From contig JAHFNT010000005.1 in assembly GCA_023267195.1 (NCBI GenBank), positions 14,875 to 78,874 on the forward strand: a stretch of DNA of 64,000 nucleotides. The letters run 5' to 3'. The translations under genes were made by a program, and so were the position numbers. The notes under the pieces were generated by a model. That model was not told where the DNA came from and did not search any database. It worked only from the letters and a program-made list of their open reading frames with translations. This DNA comes from Candidatus Nomurabacteria bacterium (lineage in GTDB: Bacteria > Patescibacteriota > Minisyncoccia > Phycocordibacterales > UBA9973). Below, piece by piece: positions 38,097 through 48,139 of the stretch (its first letter is position 1; each line of letters starts with the position of its first letter).

Positions 38097-40795
38097 AATT
38101 TAAAACTTTGTTTAAATCAAGTGTTTTTTTTATCAAAAAATTAGTATTTTTTAGTTTTTTTATTGTTGCTAATTTATTTTTCTTTGTATCATACGTGCAG
38201 GCAAGTTCACTCTCTAGTACTCCAGCTGATTATTGGGTGACTAATGGAACAGTTAGTGCTATTGCATTAGGGTCTGATGGCACAACTTATATTGGCGGAA
38301 GTTTTACTAGCGTTGGCTTAAATGCCGGTTACGGTGCTGCTATTGATACAATCTCTGCTGTTCCTGATCTTAATTTTCCGAATGTTAATGGAATAATTCA
38401 TGCGGTTGTCTCAGATGGTTCTGGCGGTTGGTATATAGGGGGTATTTTTACCCAAGTTGGTAGTGTTTCGAGAAATAATATTGCCCATATTCTCTCTGAC
38501 AAATCAGTAGATCTTAATTGGAATCCGAATGCTAGTAATTTGGCCGGTAATGCTACTGTTTTTGCTCTTGCCGTAAGTGGTACGACAGTTTATGTTGGTG
38601 GAAGTTTTACTACCATCGGCGGCCAAACAAGAAACCGCATTGCAGCGATCGATTCAGATGGTTTAGCGACGAGTTGGGATCCGAACGCGAATGCAACTGT
38701 AAATACTCTTGCCGTAAGTGGTACGACAGTTTATGTTGGTGGAAGTTTTACTACCATCGGCGGCCAAACAAGAAACCGCATCGCAGCGATCGATTCAGAC
38801 GGTTTAGCGACGAGTTGGGATCCGAACGCTGACAGTATTGTATATGTGCTTACTGCGAATGGTACAACAATCTACGCCGGGGGAGCCTTTACCACTATTG
38901 GTGGCCAAACCAGAAATCATATCGCAGCAATCGATTCGGACGGTCTAGCGACAAACTGGGATCCAAATGCAAATAGCGATGTACGTTCACTTGTAATAAA
39001 TGGTACAACAATCTACGCCGGGGGAGCCTTTACTACTATCGGTGGCCAAACCAGAAATCATATCGCAGCGATCGATTCAGACGGCCTGGCGACAAGCTGG
39101 AATCCAAATGCTAACTCTACTGTTAATACTCTTGCCGTCAGTGGCAGCATAGTTTACGCCGGAGGATATTTTATTACCATCGGTGGCCAAACTAGAAATC
39201 ATATCGCAGCGATCGATTCAGACGGTTTAGCTACGAGCTGGGATCCAAATACGAATGATGTTGTTCATAAAATTGCTGTAAGTGGAAACGTAGTCTATGC
39301 AGGGGGTGCTTTTGTTACCATAGGTGGTCAAACAAGAAACCGCATCGCGGCTATTGGTCCTGATGGTCTCATTACCAGTTGGAATCCAAATGCTAACTCT
39401 ACTGTTAATACTCTTGCCGTCAGTGGCAGCATAGTTTACGCCGGAGGAGATTTTACCACTATCGGCGGTCAAACTAGAAATAGTATCGCAGCGATCGATT
39501 CAGACGGCCTGGCGACAAGCTGGAATCCAAATGCTAACTCTACTGTTAATACTCTTGCCGTCAGTGGCAGCATAGTTTACGCCGGAGGATATTTTAGAAC
39601 CATCGGCGGTCAAGCAAGAAACCGTATCGCAGCGATCGATTCAGACGGCCTGGCGACAAGCTGGAATCCAAATGCCAATAGTACTATTTGGGCTCTTGCT
39701 GTAAACGGGAACGTAGTTTACACCGGGGGAGATTTTACTTCTATCGGCGGTCAAGCAAGAAACCGTATCGCAGCGATCGATTCAGACGGTTTAGCTACGA
39801 GCTGGGATCCAAATGCAAGCAATACTATTTATGCTCTTGTGGTAGATAATTCTACCGTTTACACCGGGGGAGATTTTACTTCTATCGGCGGTGAAACAAG
39901 ACGTTATGTCGCGGCTCTTGATTTAAATACTGGCCTAGCCACTTCCTGGAACCCGAACGCTAGTACTAGTATTTATGCTTTAGCTTTTAGTGGTACGGCC
40001 GTTTACGCCGGGGGAGATTTTACTTCTATCGGCGGTGAAACAAGACGTTATGTCGCGGCTCTTGATTTAAATACTGGCCTAGCCACTTCCTGGAACCCGA
40101 ACGCTGGAAGTAGTTCCGTTTGGGCTCTTGCCGCTAACGATATTGCGGTTTATGTAGGTGGGACTTTTAACGTAATTAGTGGAAATTTCCGACCAAAATT
40201 TGCCAAATTTAATAAATCTTTTAATCTTTCATATGCCCCAGGTTCCAATGGTTCAATCACTGGTTCTGTTTTACAAACAGTAAATGGCGGGGATGATGGT
40301 ACAACAGTAACAGCAGTTCCAAATTCCGGTTACCATTTCTCCGGTTGGAGTGATGGATTTCTGGTCGCTTCCAGAACTGATACAAATATTTCTAGTGACA
40401 TTACAATTACTGCAAATTTTGAAGTTGATGCATCTGTTGTTAATATATACCAAAGCAGTGGTCTCAGTGTTCCATTAATCAGTCGCCCACTTGTCACCGT
40501 TTGCGAGTCAGGACATAAATTCAATATTAAAACCGGTTTACTTTGCCCTTCTTATAAAGAAAAACCCCAGTATACATCTTTACCTTCTAGGTGTTTTGTT
40601 ACTAAGCCTATGAAGTTGGGGAGCAGGGGCAAAGATGTAAAATGTTTGCAAACTAATCTAAAAGTTGTTCCGATTACCAGTTTTTTTGGGCAAAAAACAA
40701 AATCAGCCGTTATTGCTTTTCAAAAATTACACAAACTTGTCCCAGATGGAATTGTGGGGAAGAAAACAAGAGCAGTATTAAATAATAATTTATGA
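38093..40795 (+). CDS. Secreted repeat beta-propeller protein with InlB-B-like repeat and peptidoglycan-binding domain
   Basis: Signal peptide; about 47-aa W[ND]PN..VYAGGxF..RNxIAAID repeats; [15 protein letters not shown]; [20 protein letters not shown]. Confidence 0.85.
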   Translation: MKFKTLFKSSVFFIKKLVFFSFFIVANLFFFVSYVQASSLSSTPADYWVTNGTVSAIALGSDGTTYIGGSFTSVGLNAGYGAAIDTISAVPDLNFPNVNGIIHAVVSDGSGGWYIGGIFTQVGSVSRNNIAHILSDKSVDLNWNPNASNLAGNATVFALAVSGTTVYVGGSFTTIGGQTRNRIAAIDSDGLATSWDPNANATVNTLAVSGTTVYVGGSFTTIGGQTRNRIAAIDSDGLATSWDPNADSIVYVLTANGTTIYAGGAFTTIGGQTRNHIAAIDSDGLATNWDPNANSDVRSLVINGTTIYAGGAFTTIGGQTRNHIAAIDSDGLATSWNPNANSTVNTLAVSGSIVYAGGYFITIGGQTRNHIAAIDSDGLATSWDPNTNDVVHKIAVSGNVVYAGGAFVTIGGQTRNRIAAIGPDGLITSWNPNANSTVNTLAVSGSIVYAGGDFTTIGGQTRNSIAAIDSDGLATSWNPNANSTVNTLAVSGSIVYAGGYFRTIGGQARNRIAAIDSDGLATSWNPNANSTIWALAVNGNVVYTGGDFTSIGGQARNRIAAIDSDGLATSWDPNASNTIYALVVDNSTVYTGGDFTSIGGETRRYVAALDLNTGLATSWNPNASTSIYALAFSGTAVYAGGDFTSIGGETRRYVAALDLNTGLATSWNPNAGSSSVWALAANDIAVYVGGTFNVISGNFRPKFAKFNKSFNLSYAPGSNGSITGSVLQTVNGGDDGTTVTAVPNSGYHFSGWSDGFLVASRTDTNISSDITITANFEVDASVVNIYQSSGLSVPLISRPLVTVCESGHKFNIKTGLLCPSYKEKPQYTSLPSRCFVTKPMKLGSRGKDVKCLQTNLKVVPITSFFGQKTKSAVIAFQKLHKLVPDGIVGKKTRAVLNNNL
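38519..40103 (+). repeat. Coding tandem repeats, about 141-nt unit
   Basis: 12 W[ND]PN units with long nucleotide-identical blocks (e.g. ggaatccaaatgctaactctactgttaatactcttgccgtcagtggcagcatagtttacgccggagga three times). Confidence 0.9.
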
Positions 40796-41694
40796 TTAAA
40801 ATGGAAAATCAAACTAAGCTTTTTTATTTGAAAGACGTAGAAGACTTTAGGGACTATGAGATGTTAGATACTGGTGGAGGAGAGAAATTAGAACGATTCG
40901 GCAAATATGTTTTTGTTCGTCCGTATGAAGATGCTATTTGGCCAAAAACTTTTTCCTATCAAGATTGGGGTAAAGCTGATGGTAAATTTTGGAGTTCTAA
41001 GGTTGGGGCGAAAGCAGGGTGGAAAATAACAAAAAAAATTACAGCAAAATGGGAAATGGAATACAAAAGTATTAAATTTCTGGTATCTCCAACACCTTTT
41101 AGGCATTTGGGATTTTTCCCAGAGCAAGCAAGTATATGGGATTTTATTGAAAATAAAATAAAAAACTCTAGCAGGAAAGTTAAATTTTTGAATTTATTTG
41201 GTTATACCGGAATCGCGAGTTTGTTTGCCTTGCGCGCTGGCGCGGAAGTGACGCATGTAGATGCTTCTAAGCAAACATTGAATTGGGCCAAGGAAAATCA
41301 AAAAGTTTCTGGCTTAGAAAATTTGCCTATGCGAATCATAGCAGATGACGCTCTCAAATTTTTGGAGCGTGAAGAAAAACGTGGTAATAAATATGATGCG
41401 GTAATCATGGATCCGCCTAAATTTGGTCGGGGTCCCAAAGGGGAAGTATGGAAAATAGAAGAAATGTTGCCGAAACTCCTTGCTCAAGTGCAAAAAGTTT
41501 TAAGCAACGAACCACTTTTCGTAATTCTGACTTCTTACGCCACCGATTCATCAGCACTTTCCTTGGGATATGCGCTTTCTGAAATAATGCAAAGGTGGGA
41601 AGGACGAACGGAAGCAGGCGAATTATGTGTCTTGGAAAAATCAAACAATCGCGCAATCTCGCTTGCGAATACCGCGCTCTGGAGTGCTAAATAA
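40792..41694 (+). CDS. Class I SAM-dependent methyltransferase (RlmI/RlmK-like)
   Basis: HLGFFPEQ, LNLFGYTG, VDAS, DPPKFGRG. Confidence 0.88.
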   Translation: MIKMENQTKLFYLKDVEDFRDYEMLDTGGGEKLERFGKYVFVRPYEDAIWPKTFSYQDWGKADGKFWSSKVGAKAGWKITKKITAKWEMEYKSIKFLVSPTPFRHLGFFPEQASIWDFIENKIKNSSRKVKFLNLFGYTGIASLFALRAGAEVTHVDASKQTLNWAKENQKVSGLENLPMRIIADDALKFLEREEKRGNKYDAVIMDPPKFGRGPKGEVWKIEEMLPKLLAQVQKVLSNEPLFVILTSYATDSSALSLGYALSEIMQRWEGRTEAGELCVLEKSNNRAISLANTALWSAK

Positions 41695-41697
41695 AAT

Positions 41698-42036
41698 CTA
41701 TTCTTTGCTTTCGGGCTGAATCTCTTCCACGTCTTCCTGAATCTCTTCCACGTCTTCCTGAATCTCTTCCACGTCTTCCTGAATCTCTTCAATATCTTCT
41801 GATACTTCTTCGAGCTCCTCGCTGTGTTTATTTACGGTCATTTGTATGAATATCGAAAGATAAATAGCTTCCAATGAAACTATGGTGGTTAAAATAAGCA
41901 GTACATCAGAACTTGAAAAATCAAAGAAACGCAAGGCAAAAATGCCAACAAAAAATACAGTATGCGCTAAAATGGATTGGGGCGATCCAATCCAATAAGT
42001 TAGTTTTCTAGAAAATTCCTCAAACTTTTTATTCAT
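41698..42036 (-). CDS. DUF1003-like membrane protein with acidic heptad tail
   Basis: WIGS, LTTIVSLEAIYLSIFIQM, (EDVEEIQ)n. Confidence 0.75.
   Translation of the reverse strand: MNKKFEEFSRKLTYWIGSPQSILAHTVFFVGIFALRFFDFSSSDVLLILTTIVSLEAIYLSIFIQMTVNKHSEELEEVSEDIEEIQEDVEEIQEDVEEIQEDVEEIQPESKE
41716..41799. repeat. 21-nt tandem repeat (3 exact copies plus 1 degenerate)
   Basis: ctgaatctcttccacgtcttc x3, then ctgaatctcttcaatatcttc. Confidence 0.95.
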
Positions 42037-42141
42037 GTCAATCGGTTAATAAGCTCATAATATACCTTTTTAAAAAGCAATACAACTGTCGGTCAAAATT
42101 GTTTACTTTAATTTAGAATGTTTTTATGGTATGATGCGTTT

Positions 42142-43158
42142 ATGGAAACAAATAAACCAAAACTAAATATAGGTTTCTTCTTTTTGTGCCTAGGATTATT
42201 AATAACATTAATAACTTCAGTTGTTTCATTCCTTAATCTTGTTTTTAACACTCTAGATAAAAGATTTCCAGATGTTTTAAACGCTACGTATCAATATGGA
42301 TATTCCACTTACGAATATGAAAGTATCCGCATGGCGCTCGCTACCCTCATAATCTTCTTTCCAGTTTTCTTGGTCATTTCTTATTTTTGGAGAAAATTCT
42401 TGAAGGGCGCAATGGGGCATTTTGATGAAATTATTAAAAAATGGGTGGTGTATATTATTCTATTTCTTTCGGCAATAGTTACGATGGTAGACTTGGTTGC
42501 TCTGATCAGGTATTTCATCTCTGGAGAAATAACTACCAGATTTATTTTGAAAGTATTGATCACCCTAGTGGTGGCTGTGTTGGTTGGTGGATATTACATA
42601 CTTTTGCTGCGGGAAAAGCCGTACCTTGATAAACTTAGCAAAATTTTTGCGGGTATTGGACTTTTGCTGGTAATACTGGCTGTAGTTTATAGTTTCTCCA
42701 TTATGGGTAGTCCGTTTAAGCAGAGAATGCTTCGTTTAGATGACAGAAGAATCGGCGATCTGCAAGGCATTCAATATCAAGTAATAAATTATTGGCAACA
42801 AAAGGAAAAATTGCCAGAGAAACTCTCAGATCTTTCTAATCCTCTGTCTGGATATTCTCTGCCGGTTGATCCGGAATTTGAAAAAGGGAGCATTTATGAA
42901 TATTCAGTCAAAGACAAACAAAAATTAATCTTTGAACTTTGCGCAACTTTTGCTTTGCCAATACCGAAAGGGTGGAGGGAGTATAGCGGTGGTGTAGTAG
43001 CTCCTATGTATTATGGCGAAAAAGATATTGCCAATACTTCCTATCCATACGGAGGCGGAGGAGTGAATGAATCTTGGGATCATCAAGCAGGTCGCACTTG
43101 TTTTGAACGAACTATTGATAAAGATATTTATCCTCCGTTTCCTAAACCAGTGAGATAA
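42142..43158 (+). CDS. Membrane protein (DUF5671-like) with pilin-like C-terminal part
   Basis: About 5 TM, then DDRRIGDL..YWQQKEKLP..DP..FELCATF; start after TGgTATGAT-N6. Confidence 0.7.
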   Translation: METNKPKLNIGFFFLCLGLLITLITSVVSFLNLVFNTLDKRFPDVLNATYQYGYSTYEYESIRMALATLIIFFPVFLVISYFWRKFLKGAMGHFDEIIKKWVVYIILFLSAIVTMVDLVALIRYFISGEITTRFILKVLITLVVAVLVGGYYILLLREKPYLDKLSKIFAGIGLLLVILAVVYSFSIMGSPFKQRMLRLDDRRIGDLQGIQYQVINYWQQKEKLPEKLSDLSNPLSGYSLPVDPEFEKGSIYEYSVKDKQKLIFELCATFALPIPKGWREYSGGVVAPMYYGEKDIANTSYPYGGGGVNESWDHQAGRTCFERTIDKDIYPPFPKPVR

Positions 43159-43162
43159 AGAT

Positions 43163-46012
43163 ATGAGGTTGTATGATCATAAGAAAATAGAGAAAAAATG
43201 GCAAAATATTTGGGAGAAAAAGGGGATTTATCATGCTATAGACCCGGTCAAGGGCGGGGCAAGTAAACCAAAAAAGCCCAAATATTATAGCTTGATAGAA
43301 TTTCCATATCCCTCAGGGGATGGTTTGCATGTGGGTCATCCCAGGCCATATATCGGGATGGATATAATCTCAAGGAAAAGAAGGCTGCAGGGTTTTAATG
43401 TTTTGTACCCGATCGGCTGGGATGCGTTTGGTCTTCCGACGGAAAACTTTGCCATAAAGACAGGTAAGGATCCACGATTTGTTACGAAGAAAAATAGCGA
43501 AAATTTCAAACAACAGATACAATCGCTTGGAATTTCTTTTGATTGGTCTCGAGAAATAAATACAACTGATCCGAAATATTATAAATGGACACAGTGGATA
43601 TTTTTGCAGTTTTTGAAGAAAGGATTGGCCTATAAGGCCAAAATGAATATCAACTGGTGTCCGAAGGACAAGATCGGTCTTGCGAATGAAGAAGTTATAG
43701 GCGGTTGTTGCGAGCGATGTGGGGCACAGGTAGAAAAAAGAGAGAAAGAGCAGTGGGTGTTGGCGATCACTAAATATGCAGAGCGTTTAGATAAAGACTT
43801 AGATGGTGTGGATTATTTGCCACAAATTAAACTTGCTCAAAGAAATTGGATAGGGAAGTCGGAGGGTGCGGAGATAGAATTTAAGATTACGGATTATGAG
43901 TTAAAAATTAAAGTTTTCACCACTCGTCCCGATACTATTTTCGGCGCGACTTATGTTGTTTTAGCACCGGAACACCAATTGATCAATGACCTAAAATCAA
44001 GAATTTCCAACTGGACTGAAGCGGAAGATTATATTAAAAAAACAAAACAAGAAACAGAGATAGAGCGCACGGCAGAAAATAAAACAAAAACAGGAGTAGA
44101 GTTAAAAGGGGTAAAGGCGATCAATCCCGGGAGCAAAGAAGAAATTCCTATCTGGATTGCCGACTATGTGCTTGCAAATTATGGCACAGGGGCTATCATG
44201 GCTGTGCCGGCGCACGATGAAAGGGATTTTGAATTTGCGAAGAAATATAATTTGGAGATAAAGCAAGTCATTCAACCAATTTTTGGTATAGAAAATAAAA
44301 GAAAAGAAGCAGTACACAGAAACACTATTACTGGTATTGTGAAAAGTCGTGACGGGAAGAAAATTTTAATGTTAAAATGGAAAGATTATGATTGGTTAAG
44401 TGGTGTAATAGGAGGTATTGAGGGTGATGAGTCTCCAGAACAAGCAGCGGAGCGAGAAGTGTTAGAAGAAACAGGATATAAAACTAAAGCTATTTTTGTT
44501 TCCCCAATAAAAGTTGAATCGCATTTTTTTGCTGAACATAAAAATGAATGGCGTTCGAGGATAGACACCCCAGTTGTTTTGGAGTTGGTGGATGAGAAGC
44601 CAGAAATAATTTCCGAGAAAGAACAAGCAAAACATGAGGTAAGGTGGGTTGATATAAAAGAAGTTTTTGCTTCAACTATGTTTGGAAACAATAAACTTGC
44701 AATAGAATTAGCACTTTCACGAAGTGCCTATACTGGTTTTAATGGAGACCAAAGAGACTCCTTAATAAATTCTGGCAGATTTGATGGAATGGATTCCCAA
44801 AAAGCCAAGAAAGAAATTATAAAATTTGTTGAGGGAAAAGAAAAAACCACTTTCAAGCTTCGCGACTGGATATTTTCCCGTCAGCGATATTGGGGTGAGC
44901 CGATACCGGTTGTACGATGCGAGAAATGCGGGTTAGTTCCTGTGCCGGAGAAGGATCTGCCAGTAGAACTTCCAAAAGTGAAAAATTATCAGCCGACGGA
45001 TAGCGGAGAATCGCCACTCGCAAATATTTCAAAATGGGTCAATACTAAATGTCCTAAATGTAAAGGCAACGCAAAAAGGGAAACAGATACCATGCCAAAC
45101 TGGGCAGGATCCAGTTGGTATTATTTACGATACACAGATCCCAAAAATTCTAAAGAGTTTGCTGGTAAGAAAAATTTGAAATATTGGACGCCGGTAGATT
45201 GGTATAACGGAGGAAATGAACACACCACACTTCATCTTTTATATTCACGTTTTTGGCATAAATTTTTATATGATTTGAAACTAGTGCCCACAAGCGAGCC
45301 CTACATGAAACGTACCTCGCATGGGATGATTTTAGGCGAGGGGGGCGTAAAGATGTCCAAATCGCTAGGTAATGTCATAAATCCGGACGAAATGGTAAAA
45401 ATTTACGGCGCGGATACGCTTCGCATCTATGAGATGTTTATGGGGCCATTTGATCAATCTGTAGCTTGGTCTACAGAAAGTATTATTGGCGCGAGGAGAT
45501 TTATAGAAAAAATTTGGCGGTTGCAATTTAAGGTGGGTAAAACAAGCGATAGTGGAATAAAGAAAATTTTAAATAAAACCATAAAAAAAGTTTCTGAAGA
45601 TATTGAGAATATGAATTTTAATACAGCAATTTCTTCTATGATGATCTTGGCAACTGAGATAGAAAATGAAAAAAGTGTCTCAAGAGAAGACTATAAAAAA
45701 TTCTTGCAAATACTTTCTCCCTTTGCGCCGCATATAACCGAAGAATTGTGGAGCTTGCTCGGAGAGAAAAAATCTATCAATCTTTCCACTTGGCCAAAAG
45801 TGGATGAAACTTTTCTCAAGGATGAAGAAATTAAAATCGTGATTCAGATCAATGGCAAAGTCAGAGCGCAAATTATTGTGAAAGCTTCTGATCCAGAAGA
45901 AAAGATAAAAGAAAGAGTTTTTAGCGACCCCAGCGTGTTAAAACATTTAGGGAACAAGGGGATCAAAAGAACAATTTACATTAAAAATAGACTTATCAAC
46001 CTTGTGGTTTGA
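43163..46012 (+). CDS. leuS: Leucine--tRNA ligase with inserted Nudix domain
   Basis: FPYPSGDGLHVGH, FTTRPDT, GTGAIMAVPAHDERD, SRQRYWG, KMSKS. Confidence 0.96.
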   Translation: MRLYDHKKIEKKWQNIWEKKGIYHAIDPVKGGASKPKKPKYYSLIEFPYPSGDGLHVGHPRPYIGMDIISRKRRLQGFNVLYPIGWDAFGLPTENFAIKTGKDPRFVTKKNSENFKQQIQSLGISFDWSREINTTDPKYYKWTQWIFLQFLKKGLAYKAKMNINWCPKDKIGLANEEVIGGCCERCGAQVEKREKEQWVLAITKYAERLDKDLDGVDYLPQIKLAQRNWIGKSEGAEIEFKITDYELKIKVFTTRPDTIFGATYVVLAPEHQLINDLKSRISNWTEAEDYIKKTKQETEIERTAENKTKTGVELKGVKAINPGSKEEIPIWIADYVLANYGTGAIMAVPAHDERDFEFAKKYNLEIKQVIQPIFGIENKRKEAVHRNTITGIVKSRDGKKILMLKWKDYDWLSGVIGGIEGDESPEQAAEREVLEETGYKTKAIFVSPIKVESHFFAEHKNEWRSRIDTPVVLELVDEKPEIISEKEQAKHEVRWVDIKEVFASTMFGNNKLAIELALSRSAYTGFNGDQRDSLINSGRFDGMDSQKAKKEIIKFVEGKEKTTFKLRDWIFSRQRYWGEPIPVVRCEKCGLVPVPEKDLPVELPKVKNYQPTDSGESPLANISKWVNTKCPKCKGNAKRETDTMPNWAGSSWYYLRYTDPKNSKEFAGKKNLKYWTPVDWYNGGNEHTTLHLLYSRFWHKFLYDLKLVPTSEPYMKRTSHGMILGEGGVKMSKSLGNVINPDEMVKIYGADTLRIYEMFMGPFDQSVAWSTESIIGARRFIEKIWRLQFKVGKTSDSGIKKILNKTIKKVSEDIENMNFNTAISSMMILATEIENEKSVSREDYKKFLQILSPFAPHITEELWSLLGEKKSINLSTWPKVDETFLKDEEIKIVIQINGKVRAQIIVKASDPEEKIKERVFSDPSVLKHLGNKGIKRTIYIKNRLINLVV

Positions 46013-46037
46013 TTAACAGTAGTAGTATAATTGCAAT

Positions 46038-48125
46038 ATGCGTTCAGATATATTTGATAAGATTTCTTTCATATTATTATTTTTAGTTATTATTTTATTA
46101 CCAGTTTTCTGTTTGCCCTTTACTAAAATTCCAGTTGAAACTTCTAAGGGGTTTTTGTTAGTTTTGGGTCTTACTGTTTCTGTCGTGACTTGGGCTATTG
46201 CCAGATTTTTGGATGGAAAAATTGTTTTCCCTAAATCTTGGCTGTTGGTTTCTGGTTTCAGCATCTCCCTGGTTTTTCTATTGTCGGCTATTTTTTCTGA
46301 GATTCCCCAGGTTTCTCTTTTTGGAATAATGTTTGACACTCCTTCTTTTTGGTTTATTTTCTTTGCCTTTGTCTTAATGTTATTTTCCTCTATTGTTATA
46401 AAGACTTCCAAGCGCGCAAAAATAGTTTTATTTGGAACGGTATTATCTTCCGCCTTCGTATTAGTTTTTCAGATTTTCCATTTATTCATGCCATCTGTTT
46501 TATCACTAGGGATTTTATCCGGCAAAACCGGCAATATTTTAGGTTCTTGGAATACACTTGGGCTTTTTGCTGGTTTTTCCAGTCTTTTATTTCTTTTGGT
46601 TGTAGAATTTTTTCCGATTTCTCGACTCGGAAAAATTTTTCTTAATATATTTATTGCATTTTCGATATTTTTGGCTGCGGCGGTAAATTTTCAATTAGTC
46701 TGGATACTTCTAGGAATTTCTAGCTTGATTATTTTTGTTTACAAAGTATCAATTACTCTGGAAAATAGCAAAAAAGAAGAAGACGAAAAAAATAAGAAAT
46801 ATTTTCCTTTAGTCTCTTTTATTGTGGTGATCATTTCTTTACTGTTCTTTTTATCCGCTGGTTTTGTTGGCAACATTATTCCGAATTATTTGAAGGTATC
46901 AAATTCCGAGGTTAATCCTTCTCTGGGTACAACTTTTTCCATAACTAAACAAGTGTTTATAAAGGATCCTCTCTTGGGAATCGGCCCGAATAGATTTGGA
47001 GAAGCTTGGGCGATGTATAAACCTGCCATTATAAACAATACTCAATTTTGGAATGTTTCCTTCAATTCTGGGTCTGGATTGCTTCCCTCTTTAACGGCTA
47101 CTACCGGGATGCTTGGTATTCTAGCCTGGCTTCTATTTCTTGTTCTATTTTTATTTACTGGCGCCAAGTCAGTATTTTCAAGCGTTAAGAATGGGGTTAA
47201 TTGGGAAACAATGTCATTCTTTGTATTGTCTCTTTATTTATTTGTTTCTTCATTCTTCTATTTTACCGGGGTGGCAGTATTCTTGCTCGCTTTTGCCTTC
47301 ACTGGAATATTTGCGGGATTGAGTGCGTCTTCCTCGGGTAAAGAAGTAATAATATCGTTTTTGGATAATCACAAGAAAAGCTTTTTTTCTATTCTTGCCC
47401 TAATTATTTTAGTTATTTCTTTTATTGCTATTTCTTTCAAATATGTAGAGCGATTTATTTCTGTATCATATTTTGGAAAAACATTGGCTGCGACAGAAGA
47501 ATCGACGGCTGAGATTCTTATCAATAAAGCCGTTTCTCTTTATTCAAATGATTTATATTTACGCACCTACGCGCAGGTTTATCTTGTGAAATTAAATTCT
47601 CTGGCAACCAAAGGCGGAGCGTTGTCCGACAAAGATAAGGTTGATTTACAGACAAGTTTGAATCAAGCGGTAAACGGCGCGCAAATGGCGGTGGCATACA
47701 ACCCACAAAACTATCTAAATTTTGAATCTCTCGGATTGGTATATCAGACTGCTGGATCGCTCGGGGTAAAAAATGCTTACACGGAGGCATTTACCGCTTA
47801 TCAAACTGCTTCCGCTTTAAATCCATTAAATCCAGGTCTCAAACTTGCTATGGCCAATGCTTCATTTTTTGATGGAAAAATTAAAGAAGCAAAAGACTAT
47901 GCAAAAGGGGCTCTCGAGTTAAAGCCTGATTATATTGACGCACTGCTGACCCTTTCCCAAATAGCTAAGGACGAGGGAAACAATAACGAAGCTATTGCTT
48001 ACGGAGAGGCCGCTCTTTCTGTCTCTCCGAGCGATAAAAATTTGATAAATTATGTAAACTCATTGAAAAATCCAGCGCCAGCAAAAGAACCCGCTTCGGA
48101 CAAATCAAATAATCCTAAAAATTAA
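46038..48125 (+). CDS. Polytopic O-antigen-ligase-like membrane protein with C-terminal TPRs
   Basis: About 12 TM, PLLGIGPNRF, TPR helices (LNPLNP, LKPDY); upstream of murJ. Confidence 0.7.
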   Translation: MRSDIFDKISFILLFLVIILLPVFCLPFTKIPVETSKGFLLVLGLTVSVVTWAIARFLDGKIVFPKSWLLVSGFSISLVFLLSAIFSEIPQVSLFGIMFDTPSFWFIFFAFVLMLFSSIVIKTSKRAKIVLFGTVLSSAFVLVFQIFHLFMPSVLSLGILSGKTGNILGSWNTLGLFAGFSSLLFLLVVEFFPISRLGKIFLNIFIAFSIFLAAAVNFQLVWILLGISSLIIFVYKVSITLENSKKEEDEKNKKYFPLVSFIVVIISLLFFLSAGFVGNIIPNYLKVSNSEVNPSLGTTFSITKQVFIKDPLLGIGPNRFGEAWAMYKPAIINNTQFWNVSFNSGSGLLPSLTATTGMLGILAWLLFLVLFLFTGAKSVFSSVKNGVNWETMSFFVLSLYLFVSSFFYFTGVAVFLLAFAFTGIFAGLSASSSGKEVIISFLDNHKKSFFSILALIILVISFIAISFKYVERFISVSYFGKTLAATEESTAEILINKAVSLYSNDLYLRTYAQVYLVKLNSLATKGGALSDKDKVDLQTSLNQAVNGAQMAVAYNPQNYLNFESLGLVYQTAGSLGVKNAYTEAFTAYQTASALNPLNPGLKLAMANASFFDGKIKEAKDYAKGALELKPDYIDALLTLSQIAKDEGNNNEAIAYGEAALSVSPSDKNLINYVNSLKNPAPAKEPASDKSNNPKN

Positions 48126-48139
48126 ATATTATATAAAGA

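Noticed and set aside
38519-40103. Regularly spaced repeats resembling a CRISPR array
   Set aside because: Units are about 141 nt, in frame in one ORF, with no unique spacers and no cas genes
41535-41792. ORF with KRFRKTW repeats
   Set aside because: Alternative-frame shadow of the 21-nt tandem repeat; overlaps two better genes
43241-43260. GC-rich gacccggtcaagggcggggc near the leuS 5' end (DPVKGGA)
   Set aside because: Could be a decayed palindrome insertion, but pairing is too imperfect to support
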